From Planctomycetota bacterium (GTDB taxonomy: Bacteria; Planctomycetota; JAJSAM01; JAJVHW01), in the NCBI GenBank assembly GCA_965248445.1, contig CBDFJG010000003.1, positions 448,001 through 512,000 of the forward strand: a stretch of 64,000 nt of DNA, given 5' to 3'. Under the pieces are notes generated by a model that did not search any database, was not told where the DNA came from, and saw nothing but the letters and a program-made list of their open reading frames with translations. Position numbers and translations under genes: made by a program. Below, piece by piece: positions 1 to 10,167 of the stretch (positions are counted from its first letter, which is position 1; every line of letters begins with the position of its first letter).

Positions 1-356
1 GCGCACGCCGCCAGGCCACCAGGTGCGAAGAGTAGAGCCCCTCGCGGCGCAGCAGCGCCCCCACCTCACCGGGCTTCGTGCAGCTGTCGGCCTCCACGAC
101 GATCCGCAGCTTGTAGGCCGCGCTGAAGCGCCGCCGCGTGGCGCGCGGCACGACCTCCGGGTCGGGGACGCCCCCTCCTCGCGGTCGCGCGCGCCGGGGG
201 AGCCCCCTGCGCCTCGTGGGGGCTCGCTCCGCTCGCCCTCCCTCGGCTCCGGGTTCTCCCCCGGCAATTTGGTCTCCTTCTTCGTCATCGCTGATTCCTC
301 CACCGCCCTGCACAGTAATCTTCCGGGGGGTCGGTGTCTCAGCGATGTTGGCACAG
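1..356 (-). mobile_element. IS3-family element, left end and OrfA N-terminus (runs off the window start)
   Basis: Minus strand from ATG ~289 reads MTKKETKLPG...VPDPEVVPRATRRRFSAAYKLRIVVEADSCTKPGEVGALLRREGLYSSHL. End TGCCAACATCGCTGAGACACC resembles the ends at 23164 and 24810. Confidence 0.85.
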
Positions 357-359
357 AGG

Positions 360-1709
360 GTGGCGCGGGCCGCGATGGCGCGCGGCAAGGCGCTCTACGA
401 CCTGGGTCGCTGGTGCGATCGCAAGGATCTGCCCGGGTGGGGCGCGCTCTTCCGTGCGCAGTCGTTGCGGGGGCGCCCCGACGACGCGCGCGCCCGCAAG
501 GAACTCGGCTACAAGCGCGGGGGCGACGGCTGGACGTGGCCGGCGGACGCCCGTGAGCAGTTCCGCTCCGCAGCGTATGTGCGCGCGGAGGAGCCGCAGG
601 AGTTGACCAAACTGCGCTCCAGGAAGCGCGCGATGGCGGTGAAGCGCCTCGTGACGATCGCGTCGGCGGCGAAGCGCCCCGTCGACGCGGACGACGACGC
701 GCGATCGGCGTACGCCGACGTGGAGCGATGCGCGTGGCAGCGCGTCATCGATCTCGATCCGACCCACGAGAAGGCGTGCAAGGCGCTCGGTTTCGTGGAG
801 TTCGATGGACGCCTGGTCGATCCCGCGGCGCAGCCATTCCTGGAGGAACGCATCGCGCGGGCGGAGCGAGTGCGCGCGTTGGGAGCGCGCCCGATGGACA
901 CCGTATCGGACGGAGACAACGGGCGCGTCCGACGCGTGACCTGCGGCGTCTTCGCGGTCGATGGCGATCTCGGGCAGAAGGGCCTCCAACACATTGCCAA
1001 GGCGCTGGCGCGCGCACACATCGGCTTCGTGGACGCGCTCGGGCTGGGGGATCCAGACGATTTCATTCCGAACCCATGGCTCTTCGTCGTCGCGAACACG
1101 CGCGCTGAGTTCGCGAGGTCGCTGATCCACTACGGTGAGTTGAGTGAGGCGCAGGCCAAGGCCATGGCCGCCGCGGGCGATGGAATCGTTGCCAACGACG
1201 CCGCAATCCTCTTCTCGACCGACCCGACTCCCGCGTTGGAACGCGCGATCGGGTTCCTCTGCTTGCACGGTGTCCGGGCGTTCCGGATCGACGAACAGGC
1301 GCACCAGCCCTCGCTCGAGGTTCGCGAAGAGCTGTGGATCAGCGATGCCCTCGCGATGGACATCACGATCGGACTCACCGGAGCGCGCTCACTCGCAGCG
1401 CGTGGCGCCGCCGCCTCGACTTCGGCGGATTGGCTGACGCAGGCGCGCCTGCAGCTGGAAGTCGGGGACGACCCGGCGATGGGGGAGTTGGTCGAATGCG
1501 CGCGCGACGCGATGGGCGTTCGCGAGGTCGCCAAGTCGTACGCCTTCATGCAGTATCTGCTCGATCGTGACCCCAGCGGCGCGGCGAGCTTCTACGCGGC
1601 GGCGCTCGCCGTTGGAGGCGAAGCGGCGGCGAAGCAGGTCTTCTCCGAAGAACTGAGCGCCCTCGACGATTCGTACGGCGCGTGGGCACGACTCACGATC
1701 GGTCGTTGA
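360..1709 (+). CDS. Hypothetical protein, 5' end removed by the IS3 insertion (C-terminal part resembles DUF1570/peptidase MA-like proteins)
   Basis: ORF 138-1709, whose first ~74 codons are IS sequence. Contains LYDLGRWC, IDLDPTHEKACKALG and KSYAFMQYLL motifs. Confidence 0.55.
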   Translation: MARAAMARGKALYDLGRWCDRKDLPGWGALFRAQSLRGRPDDARARKELGYKRGGDGWTWPADAREQFRSAAYVRAEEPQELTKLRSRKRAMAVKRLVTIASAAKRPVDADDDARSAYADVERCAWQRVIDLDPTHEKACKALGFVEFDGRLVDPAAQPFLEERIARAERVRALGARPMDTVSDGDNGRVRRVTCGVFAVDGDLGQKGLQHIAKALARAHIGFVDALGLGDPDDFIPNPWLFVVANTRAEFARSLIHYGELSEAQAKAMAAAGDGIVANDAAILFSTDPTPALERAIGFLCLHGVRAFRIDEQAHQPSLEVREELWISDALAMDITIGLTGARSLAARGAAASTSADWLTQARLQLEVGDDPAMGELVECARDAMGVREVAKSYAFMQYLLDRDPSGAASFYAAALAVGGEAAAKQVFSEELSALDDSYGAWARLTIGR

Positions 1710-1802
1710 TCGAATCTCCTCGCCAGATCGTCGCGGGCGTCGGCGTGACGATCGGTGATGGCGTGTTCGCACAGAGAACAAGAGAGACACCCGGATCGCG
1801 AG

Positions 1803-2186
1803 GGCGTTGGTGCACGGATCGAAACTCGCCCGAAGACAACTCCATCGTAGAGCCTCCTCTGAGGAGGCCGCCGCATGTCCAGCAAGCGCTCGAGAGTACA
1901 CCCGACGTTCAGGACCAAGTACCGCGTCGGCAACTGGCCCGAGTACGACCGCGGCCTCGTTGACCGCGGCGACCTGACGATCTGGATCTCATCGGCTGCC
2001 ATCGACGCCTGGCGTCCGAAGCCGTCGGGAGCGCGCGGCGGACAGCGGAGGTTCTCCGACACCGCCATCGAGGCCGCGCTCACGCTGCGCCTCGTCTTCC
2101 ACCTCCCGCTGCGGCAGACCGAGGGGTTCCTGCGATCGCTCCTCGGGCTTCTCGAACTCGAGCTTGACGTGCCGGACCACACGACC
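1803..2186 (+). mobile_element. IS5-family (IS903 group) left end and truncated transposase N-terminus
   Basis: End GGCGTTGGTGCACGGATC at 1803. ORF from 1875 has YRVGNWPEYDRGLVDRGDLTIW...LPLRQTEGFL...VPDHTT, then homology stops. Confidence 0.85.
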
Positions 2187-2197
2187 CGCCTCCAGGG

Positions 2198-3754
2198 TCA
2201 GCGATCGGACGCGGGCTTCGCGAGTCGGGCGAGCGCCGCGCGTGCCGCAGCGACCGCGGCTGCCTCGTCGATGCCTTCGGCCCGCTCGTACTCCTCGAAG
2301 ATCGCTCGATACTCCTGGCTCGCACGGTCTACGTCGCGGCCCGCCTCGTACTGCCACGCCGCGCGAACATGGCTCCACGCCCGCTGGCGCGTCGGCTTGC
2401 GGAGATCGCGAGTCAGGCGCAGAAACGCTTCGGCGGAGTTCTGCAGGTCGCCGTGGTTGCCGATCGAGTAGGCGAGCTGCGTCTCGGCCGCGTGCGCCTC
2501 ATCGGTTCCGGGACCGAAGACGACCGCAGCCTGGCGAAACGCAGCCAACTCGGCCTCTGTCTCACCGAGGGTGGCGTGCGCGATCGCTTTCATGAACAGG
2601 CCCTGGTAGCGGTCGAGTCGGTCCGGGGATCGGTCGAGGAGCAGCGCGCATGCTTCGAGGATTCGCCTGCCGTCCATTCTCTGCCCGCTGGGGAAGCCGA
2701 GCATCGGCATGCGAGCCATCTCGCGGATCGCCATGCGCAACTCGGTGTCCGTCAGGCCCCGGAGGCGTGTCAGTTCCTCCGCGCGCAAACGCGATGGCTG
2801 CGCGACATCGGGCTCGGGGACTGTCGTGGCGTCTCGCCTGGCCTCCGCAACGTCCTGTCCGGAGGACTGCAGTGCGCCTTCAAGCTCCCGGATGCGCGCC
2901 CGGAGTGTCTCGACTTGGCCGGCGGCTGCTTCGACCACCACCCGCGGCGCGCGAGGATGTCCGGGTTCGACGCGCTTGCCCGCCTCGCCCTCCAGCTCTT
3001 CGAGCCGTTCCCGAAGCGCCTGGCCGCGACCCGCGGAGGCCGCGAGTTGTGCCTCCGCCTCCGACCTGCCGACGATCGTTCCGCCGAAGAACGCGAACGC
3101 CAGGCCCACACAGGCCGCGCCCCCGAGCACTGTCTTCGTCCCCATCAGCGCGCCTCCTACCGTCGCGGCTTGCTTCGCGGCGGCCATCGTGATCCAGTCG
3201 CCAGGAGCCTCTAGGCGGTGTCCCATGAGCGGGGCCAGTGCCGCCATCCAGGTTCCGTCGCCACGGTCCATGCGCTGCAAGCGCTGGCGCAACGTCCCGT
3301 GCGCCCGCCGCAGCCGGGTGCGGACGGTCTCGACAGGAACACCCATGCGCTCGGCCACCGACCGCGGGGGAAGGCCTTCGAACCAGCGGAGCAACACGGT
3401 CGTGCGGCCTGGTTCCCCGAGACCGTGTACCGCCAGGACGAGGAGCCGATGGGCGTCGGCCTCGGCTACGACATCCGCAGTCGGGCTGAGCGCTTCCGCG
3501 CGCGCGGCTGCGCGCTCGTGGTGAGTGCGGCGCCCGTCGGCTCGAATCGCATCCCGAGCGAGGTTCCGGACCACTCGCCCGAGCCAGGCCCGCGACGTTG
3601 CCTCCTCTTGCGGAGGACGGCGAAGGGCAGCCGTCCACGCCCGCTGTTCGAGATCGCTGGCAGAGGCTTCGTCGCGTGCGAGCGATCGAGCCAGCCGACG
3701 CACCCAAGCGCGGTGCGTCAGCAGAGTCTCCATCGGGACGGGTACCTGTGACAT
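2198..3754 (-). CDS. ECF sigma-70 factor with long C-terminal extension (TM helix, coiled coil, TPR-like repeats)
   Basis: Sigma2 (HRAWVRRLARSL...WLGRVVRNLARD) and sigma4 (LLRWFEGLPPRSVAERMGVPVETVRTRLRRA), then hydrophobic VLGGAACVGLAFAFFGG and helical repeats. Confidence 0.85.
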   Translation of the reverse strand: MSQVPVPMETLLTHRAWVRRLARSLARDEASASDLEQRAWTAALRRPPQEEATSRAWLGRVVRNLARDAIRADGRRTHHERAAARAEALSPTADVVAEADAHRLLVLAVHGLGEPGRTTVLLRWFEGLPPRSVAERMGVPVETVRTRLRRAHGTLRQRLQRMDRGDGTWMAALAPLMGHRLEAPGDWITMAAAKQAATVGGALMGTKTVLGGAACVGLAFAFFGGTIVGRSEAEAQLAASAGRGQALRERLEELEGEAGKRVEPGHPRAPRVVVEAAAGQVETLRARIRELEGALQSSGQDVAEARRDATTVPEPDVAQPSRLRAEELTRLRGLTDTELRMAIREMARMPMLGFPSGQRMDGRRILEACALLLDRSPDRLDRYQGLFMKAIAHATLGETEAELAAFRQAAVVFGPGTDEAHAAETQLAYSIGNHGDLQNSAEAFLRLTRDLRKPTRQRAWSHVRAAWQYEAGRDVDRASQEYRAIFEEYERAEGIDEAAAVAAARAALARLAKPASDR

Positions 3755-3836
3755 GCCTATCGTCTACATTGTTCACTCCGGTCGTCGGCCCATCGGTTCA
3801 ATCATCCGGCGAACGACTGCGATCGCAGCGACGTAC

Positions 3837-3969
3837 GGCGTTGGTGCATGAATGCCTCCTGGCGTCCGTGTCGAGCCTGAGCGTGCTGCGAGTCGTGCCC
3901 GAGTCGAAGCCACGTCGCGATAGCTCAGGGCTTGGCAGACGCGCCGCCCGGCATTCATGCACCACCACC
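3837..3969. mobile_element. 133-bp MITE with IS903-type terminal inverted repeats
   Basis: GGCGTTGGTGCATGAATGCC versus reverse complement GGTGGTGGTGCATGAATGCC (18/20). No transposase inside and no target duplication seen. Confidence 0.75.
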
Positions 3970-5226
3970 TCGGGCCAGGGCCCGCTCGATCGCGTCGGAG
4001 GCCGTCTCCGCGCCATCCTCGGCGGAGACGATCCGCCCCGTTGCCTGCGCCGTCGCGCGGATGCGCTCGTCCGACAGGATCGCGTCCAGTTCGCTCGCGA
4101 GGCGCTTTGGGCCGACGCGGTTGCGGCGCAGGGAACGGCCGACGCCACGTTGCTCGACGCGAAGCGCGTTGTCGAAGTGGTCGGCGGCGAACGGAACGAC
4201 GAGCTGCGGGCAGCCCGCGCGCATCGCCTGCCCGGTCGTGCCGACTCCACCGGCGTGGATCACGACGGAGGCCGCGGCGAAGAGTGGGGCAACACTCGTC
4301 GAGCGGACCATCAGCACATCGTCGGACGCGAGGGCCGGTGCGTTCGCCGAGCCCGTGACGAGGACGGCGCGGCGGCCAAGTCGCTCGGCGGCGGCAGCGG
4401 CGGCGGCGTAGAAGTCGCCGGCCAGCTGGACAGCCGACGAGCCGAGCGAGAACACGAGCGGGGGCTCGCCCGCGTCCAGGAACGCCCGAAGCCGTCCGGA
4501 GTCGTCTTCTTCGCCCCCGAAGTCGCGGTCGTAGAAGGGGAAGCCGCACAGCGTCGTCCGCGCGGGCCAATCGGGTTGCGCCTCACCGAAGGACGACGAG
4601 AACAAGGCGAGTACGCCGTGAGGCGAGTGCTGGCCCTCCCACAGCGGATCGGCGTCGGCGGGAAGGCCGAGCTCGCGGCGGAACTCGCGGATCGGCGCGC
4701 TCCAGCTTCGCGAGATGCGCTTCATCATCGAGAAGAGGAATCCGACGACGCCCGGGCCGAGCGGACGTAGCCGCGCGAACCACGGGATGGGCGCGAGCGC
4801 CGCGGGCTCGTACGCCGAGCAGAAGCTCAGAGGCGCCAGCACGGTAGACATCCAGGGAGTGCCCTTAACGGCACCGAGGATCGGCGCCGCATACGTGAAG
4901 ATGTGGGACGTCAGGAAGTCCGCGCCCTCGCATGCAGCCTCGAGGTCCGCGTAGCTCTCGCGCAGTGGGGGCACGAACAGCTCCCGGACGCAGTACTCCG
5001 CGCCGCCCTTCGGGTCCATGGCGCGACGGAACATCTCCACGTCGTCGTAGTCGATCTCCGGCCGGATCGCCGCGAACTCCGCACCCGCTCGTTCGGCGAG
5101 GGCGCGGTACATCCCCGGCGCGGCGACGACGACCTGGTGTCCGCGTGCGAGCAGGCCCTCCGCCACGGCGAGGTAGGGGAGCACGTCCCCGTACGAACCG
5201 ATGGTGTTGAGCACGATGCGCGCCAC
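3955..5226 (-). CDS. GT1/GT28-like glycosyltransferase (sterol glucosyltransferase/RhlB-like)
   Basis: GSYGDVLPY, VFSLGSS, VIHAGGVGTTGQAMRAGCPQLVVPFAADHFDNA. Confidence 0.9.
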   Translation of the reverse strand: MARIVLNTIGSYGDVLPYLAVAEGLLARGHQVVVAAPGMYRALAERAGAEFAAIRPEIDYDDVEMFRRAMDPKGGAEYCVRELFVPPLRESYADLEAACEGADFLTSHIFTYAAPILGAVKGTPWMSTVLAPLSFCSAYEPAALAPIPWFARLRPLGPGVVGFLFSMMKRISRSWSAPIREFRRELGLPADADPLWEGQHSPHGVLALFSSSFGEAQPDWPARTTLCGFPFYDRDFGGEEDDSGRLRAFLDAGEPPLVFSLGSSAVQLAGDFYAAAAAAAERLGRRAVLVTGSANAPALASDDVLMVRSTSVAPLFAAASVVIHAGGVGTTGQAMRAGCPQLVVPFAADHFDNALRVEQRGVGRSLRRNRVGPKRLASELDAILSDERIRATAQATGRIVSAEDGAETASDAIERALARGGGA

Positions 5227-5242
5227 GCTGGCTCTCTCCCGG

Positions 5243-5765
5243 GGTGTTGGTGCACGAACCAGGTCGGGTAGGCACGCCCCAGCGCCTCGGCCAGTCTACG
5301 CCTGGATCTCCTCTCCGAATACCTGTCGCTGGATCTCTCGCAGGTGTTCGACCTAACCTCGAGATGTCCACAGTCCTGGCGCGCTGCTTGAGGACCATCC
5401 GCCCCGAGGTCGCGCTCGACGGACTGCGGATCGCCGCTGCCGTGCGCGAATCGGAGGAGCGCGGCGGCGCACCCGTTGACAACTGCTACCCGGCCCGCCA
5501 GCCGAGCAGAGCCGGGAGCTTGCGCATGCGGCTGAAGACGACGGTGCCCGCTGGCGGTCGCGAGCGACGCACCGTGGCTTGCTGCGCCGCGAGGCCGTCG
5601 CCGTCCTCGTCGTCGGCACGACCACCTCGGCACCGCGGTCACCCGCGACAGCGTAGATCGCCAGCTTGTCGTAGGACGCGTCGGCCGTGATCCGATCGAT
5701 GTCGTCCACGACCTCGGCGATCAGTCCAGGGGCCGTCGTCGGGTCGTCAGCGTTCCCCCGAACCT
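5243..5765 (-). mobile_element. Degenerate IS5 (IS903 group) 3' remnant with right end
   Basis: End GGTGTTGGTGCACGAACC at 5243. Minus-strand fragment DRITADASYDKLAIY...VVVPT is frameshifted. Confidence 0.75.
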
Positions 5766-5795
5766 CGTGTCGCGGAGCCGGTTATCCTCAGCACG

Positions 5796-6034
5796 TGCCC
5801 GACGCTGCCAACGACGCAACCAGCGACGACCTGCCGCGCCTATTGCGCTTCGCGGTGGGGGTCGTGGTCTACGGCCTCCTCTACTTCCTGCTGCTCGTCG
5901 GCTGGGACGCCGTCGTGGAGGGGACCGCGGACTTCGGCGCGTCGGCCATCCAGGGCGGTGTCTTCGGGCTACTCATGGCGCTCGCGGAACCGCACGTCGG
6001 CCGCCTGGCGGCGCGCTTGGGCAAGTCGGACTGA
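5796..6034 (+). CDS. Small membrane protein (two TM helices)
   Basis: LLRFAVGVVVYGLLYFLLLVGW and AIQGGVFGLLMALA. Start uncertain. Confidence 0.5.
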
Positions 6035-6135
6035 GACGCGACCGCAGGGTCCGCGTGGCGTCGGTGCATGAATGGCAAGGAGCTGGCAGCATCCGAGACG
6101 AGGACCGCATTCACGCCCGGGGCTTCGCCACGTAG

Positions 6136-6290
6136 ATGACAACCGAGACGGCCCGCATCGCTGACGAACTGCGACGCGCCTATGACGGCGACCCCTGGCA
6201 CGGCCTGCCGCTCACGCGAGTGCTTGACGGCGTCGATGCAAGCGATGCGGCCGCGCAACTGCTAGCTGGGGCACACTCCATCTGGTTGAG
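6136..6290 (+). pseudogene. DinB-like protein, N-terminal fragment
   Basis: RRAYDGDPWHGLPLTRVLDGVDA...AHSIW, then homology is lost. Confidence 0.6.
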
Positions 6291-6404
6291 GTTGTCCTCC
6301 ACATCACCGCTTGGGTTAGGGAGGTCGAGCGGCGGCTCGGCGGCGCACCGCCCGGCGAGCCACTCGGCGGCGAGTGGCCTGCTCTCGAAGATCGCGGCGC
6401 CCGC

Positions 6405-6731
6405 TTGCTCGCGCTGGCCCATCGGTACCAGGGACTCGTCGATGACCGCGTCGTGGCGGACTACGCGGCCTTGGCGCGGCTTGCTGGGGTCACGCGGGCG
6501 CGCATCACGCAGCTCATGAACCTCCTGCTGCTGGCGCCCGACATCCAGGAGGAGATCCTGTTCCTGCCGCGGACAGTGCGCGGTCGGGATGCGGTGACGG
6601 AACGGGATCTGCGACGGATCGTCGCGCACGCGGAGTGGGGGAGGCAGCGGGTGGAGTGGAGCGCGATCCGACCTGGCCGTGCGCGGTCGCCTGCGGCGCT
6701 GCAGCGCGTTCGTTCGGCACGCAGCGCGTAG
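6405..6731 (+). pseudogene. Fragment of the HTH-like protein usually found next to DUF2924/serine-recombinase modules
   Basis: LALAH...DYAALARLAGVTRARITQLMNLLLLAPDIQEEILFLP...ERDLR...W.RQ. 5' part missing. Confidence 0.7.
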
Positions 6732-6793
6732 CTACTCTCCGACGATCTGCCACACCTGTTCCGCGTCGGGCACCTCGAGACGCTGCAAGGTCC

Positions 6794-6913
6794 TCGCGCG
6801 CTGCAGCCGCCTCTTTCGCAGGGACATTCCGAAGAGGGTTACCTCTGGGGTCCAAAGCGTCGAAAGCTGTTAACGAACGACGCGCGTTCTCGTGAGCAAC
6901 CGAGAGTTAGAGA
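6794..6913 (+). repeat. 120-bp non-coding direct repeat, copy 1
   Basis: Ungapped match to 9346-9465 with 10 mismatches by manual alignment. Confidence 0.9.
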
Positions 6914-6961
6914 CGGAGCGGGCCGAACTCCGGTCTCGGTGGTCCGGATAGACTCAACGGC

Positions 6962-9308
6962 ATGCGTGTCTCGATGTGTGCTCTGGCCATTCTCGTGCTC
7001 GGCGCCGGCGCCGCGCTCGTACGGGCCGACGAACTCACCGACTGGGAGGCGCGGATCGACTCGGCGAGGACCGGCGGGTTCGATATATGGCACGTTGAGC
7101 AGAAGCGACTCGGCAAGAAGAAGAAGGCCGTCGCAATCTGCTCGGCACTCATCGAGAAGCACCTCGCGCCCAACACGAAGAGTGACTACGTGCTCTTCGC
7201 GCTGCGATCGCTGACACACGTCAGAGGCAACGACTCGGCCGTGGTGGACGCGGTGCGTCTGGTCCTGCGGACCTCTGCGGATCGCGCCACGACCATCGAA
7301 GCGTTGTCAGTGCTCGAGGAGCGACCGTCGGAACGGGCACGCCCGGAAGTACTCGACTGCTTCGAGCGCTTCGCTCGCATGCCTCCTGATTCGCGGCCCG
7401 GCGTGGATGGCCTCTTCTGGCGAGCACGATGCGTGCTCGACGCCTACTCGGCGTCGTACTCGCCGAAAGAGGCGAAGCCGCTGCTCTCTCGTCTCGAGCG
7501 AATTGTCGAGGTCGCGGATCCCGGGAATCAACCGGAGGTGCTGCGCGCGATCTTGTCCCTCGCGAGTTGGACGACCGATCACCAGGACTTCTATCTGAAG
7601 TACCTGGCGCGACCGGAGTTCCCGACTCGTGCGGCAGCGGCCAAGGTGTTGGACTACAGCGGCGCAGTGCCCGACGGCCTCCAGGAACACAGGGTCGCGT
7701 TGCTCGACGTACTGACGCGCGGAGACGTGTACGAGCGTGACTCCGCGATCGACCTGCTCGCGCACGTGACTCTTGACACCGCGGCCACCCGAGTCGTCAT
7801 CGATGCGTACCTCGAGGACCGCGACGAGAAGAGGCGAGCCGAGATGCGTGCGCTCATCTTCAAGGCGGAGGCCGAGCACGAGAAGCTGTGGGAGAACATC
7901 TCTGTCGGCCTCGAGTACGAGATTGTGGACCGGCGGGCGCGAGCGCTGCGGCTGCTGGCGAAGATCGACGTGCCGGAGGGACAGACCATCGCTTTCCTGA
8001 CGTCTGAACTGGGGCAGAAACGCTGGGAGCTGCGACTCGCCGCCGTCGATGCGCTCACCGCCCGCGCAGCTGCGGCGAAGCCCGCTCTCACGAAGCTGCG
8101 GTCGCTACGAGGCGACCCGAGCAAGTCCGTGCGCGCGGCCGTCGCGACGGCGATCACGACGATCGAGGTGGCGCTGGAACCTGAGAGACCGGCCGCGGCC
8201 GCGCAGGAGCACAGCGTGGCGGCCGAGGACGTTTCCGCGCTCCCGGCGCTCGAGCTGGGGGAGCCGGTCCAGGAGCTCGCGTTGTCCGCGGACGGAAAGC
8301 GGATTGCCGCGGCGGGCATGGCGACGCTCACGGTGTGGGACACGGCTACGCACCGGGAGGTCCGCACGATCTCGCTCGAGGCCACCAAGTCGTTCTACTG
8401 GGGCGACCTGGGATTCAGCCCCGACGGGTTGCGAATCATGCTGCGAACGTTCGACTCCGTGGACGTGTTCGAGGTCGCCTCTGGCGAACTCCGGACACGG
8501 ATCCCGAAGAGCACGGCCGAAGGGTCTTCCCACGGCCGGCTGCGGTGCTTTCCTGCGCACGATGCGGCGTACCGGCTCGACGAGGACACCGGTCTCCGTG
8601 TCTTCTCTGCGGAGACCGGAGAGCAGATCTGGAGCGGCGTCGCGCCGCAGGGTCTGAAGGGTGCCCCGACGCCGCCGGGGTCAAGGGGAGGTGACACGCT
8701 GCGGTGGTTCGACGCGGTCCCGGGCACCGCGCGCGCGCTCGTCGCCACCGAGTTCTCGATCCGTCGGTTCGACCTGAAGACGGGCAAGCGCGAGGTGGAC
8801 CTTGGCATTGCGTCCCTCCCGTGGGAGATCGAGGGAACAAACAGGAGCGTGAAGGGTGCGTGGGACGTTCTCGGGCGGAGCCGTGATCGTCGGTCTGCTG
8901 CACGCCTCGAGTGAGGGCAACAACCGGCGCTCGCTGGTCGCGGTGGACGCCGCCACCGGAGAGAAGCGCTGGGTGGTCAACCACGTGGTGCCGCTGGCCA
9001 TGCGGCGTGCGCCGGCCAAGGGGTCGGAGGAGATCCTGGTGCGCGAGCTGATCTACCTCGACCGCCCGAGCGAGCAGCGGATTCTCCGTGTCGAGGTGGC
9101 CACCGGACGCACCCGGGTCGTGGACGGGCTGACCGGCGACCGCGACGCGGCCCCCTATCACGGCGTGTTTGACTCTCGCCAGGTACAGTACGATCCGGCG
9201 GACGATGCCCTCTGGCTTCACCAGAACACGAGGGTGGGGATCCTATGGCGCACCGTCCTGCCGCCGTGGGACGACGCTCACGAGTCGCCGCCCAAGTCGC
9301 CGCGGTAG
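6962..9308 (+). CDS. Secreted HEAT-repeat plus WD40/PQQ beta-propeller protein, frameshifted near 8865
   Basis: Signal peptide, HEAT motifs (LRLAAVDAL...DPSKSVRAAVATAI) and WD40 motifs (LALSADGKRIA...LTVWD, FSPDG). The propeller continues in ORF 8856-9308 (LVAVDAATGEKRW). Confidence 0.75.
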
Positions 9309-9345
9309 ACCGTGCTCAGCGTGATGGCCTGATCGGTTACGGCCG

Positions 9346-9465
9346 TCGCGCGTTGCAGCCGCCTCTCTCGCAGGGACATTCCGAAGAGGGTTGGCTCTGG
9401 GGTCCAAAGCGTCGAAGGCTGTTAACCAACGACGCGCGTTCTGGCGAGCACCCGAGAGTTCGAGA
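9346..9465 (+). repeat. 120-bp non-coding direct repeat, copy 2
   Basis: See 6794-6913. Confidence 0.9.
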
Positions 9466-9728
9466 GCGATTCGGGCCGTGATCGGGCACGTCGGAGGGGG
9501 TTGCGTTTGGACCCCAGAGCGAACGGGTGCGAACCGAGACTCGGCCGTTGCGCGTAACTGGGCGTGGGCGCGGGACATGCGCGCGTTCTCTGCATGGCGC
9601 GCCGCGTTAACCACCCGGTCGGTTGGTTCGCGGGCATGGTGTTTGGCTCCCCAGCCCCAACCCTCTTACGAACCACTCGCACGGTCGCACGGGCCCTGGG
9701 GGCTGATTTTGAAGGACTTACGGAATTC

Positions 9729-10054
9729 GTACCCGTTCAGCCCTTGGTTCTGAGCTCGGATCCAGATCGCTTCCCGTTCGGTCGATGCATCGGATGTGGG
9801 CACCGATGAGCCGCGAGATCTGGTCGAGCGCCTGACCCGTCGTCTGGACGCTCAGGACGAGACGATCGCCGAGCAGGCCGAGGTGATCGATCGGCCAACT
9901 CTCGCTCGAGATGGTCTACGCGTCCAACGAGCCCTTGAACCAGCTCCCGCAGGTCATCTGCACCGCCCACATGGTCTTCATCGTCCTGCCGTCCATCGAT
10001 CTGGATCCTGCCTCAGCGGCAATAGCTGAAAAGGTACGCCCCGTGAACGGGTAC
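9729..10054. mobile_element. IS66 (ISBst12-like) remnant: two different left ends fused in opposite orientation, plus an extra terminal repeat
   Basis: GTACCCGTTCAG at 9729 plus MGTDE.RDLVERL matches the 18755-20286 element. Opposite-strand MGGADDLRELV ending at 10037 resembles the 32170-33707 element. GTGAACGGGTAC ends at 10054. Confidence 0.85.
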
Positions 10055-10167
10055 CCTTCACGGTGCAAGGCCACGCGGATGAGAGAGCCGCGGGCGCCGC
10101 GAAGTCTGAGAGGAGGAAGACGGTGCGCCGCCGTCGAGGAATAGCAGGTGTCCGCCCGCACCGCGGG

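Noticed and set aside
6794..9465. 120-bp repeats as integron attC sites or CRISPR repeats
   Set aside because: No clean RYYYAAC/GTTRRRY hairpin, no integron integrase or cas genes, and only two copies 2.5 kb apart.
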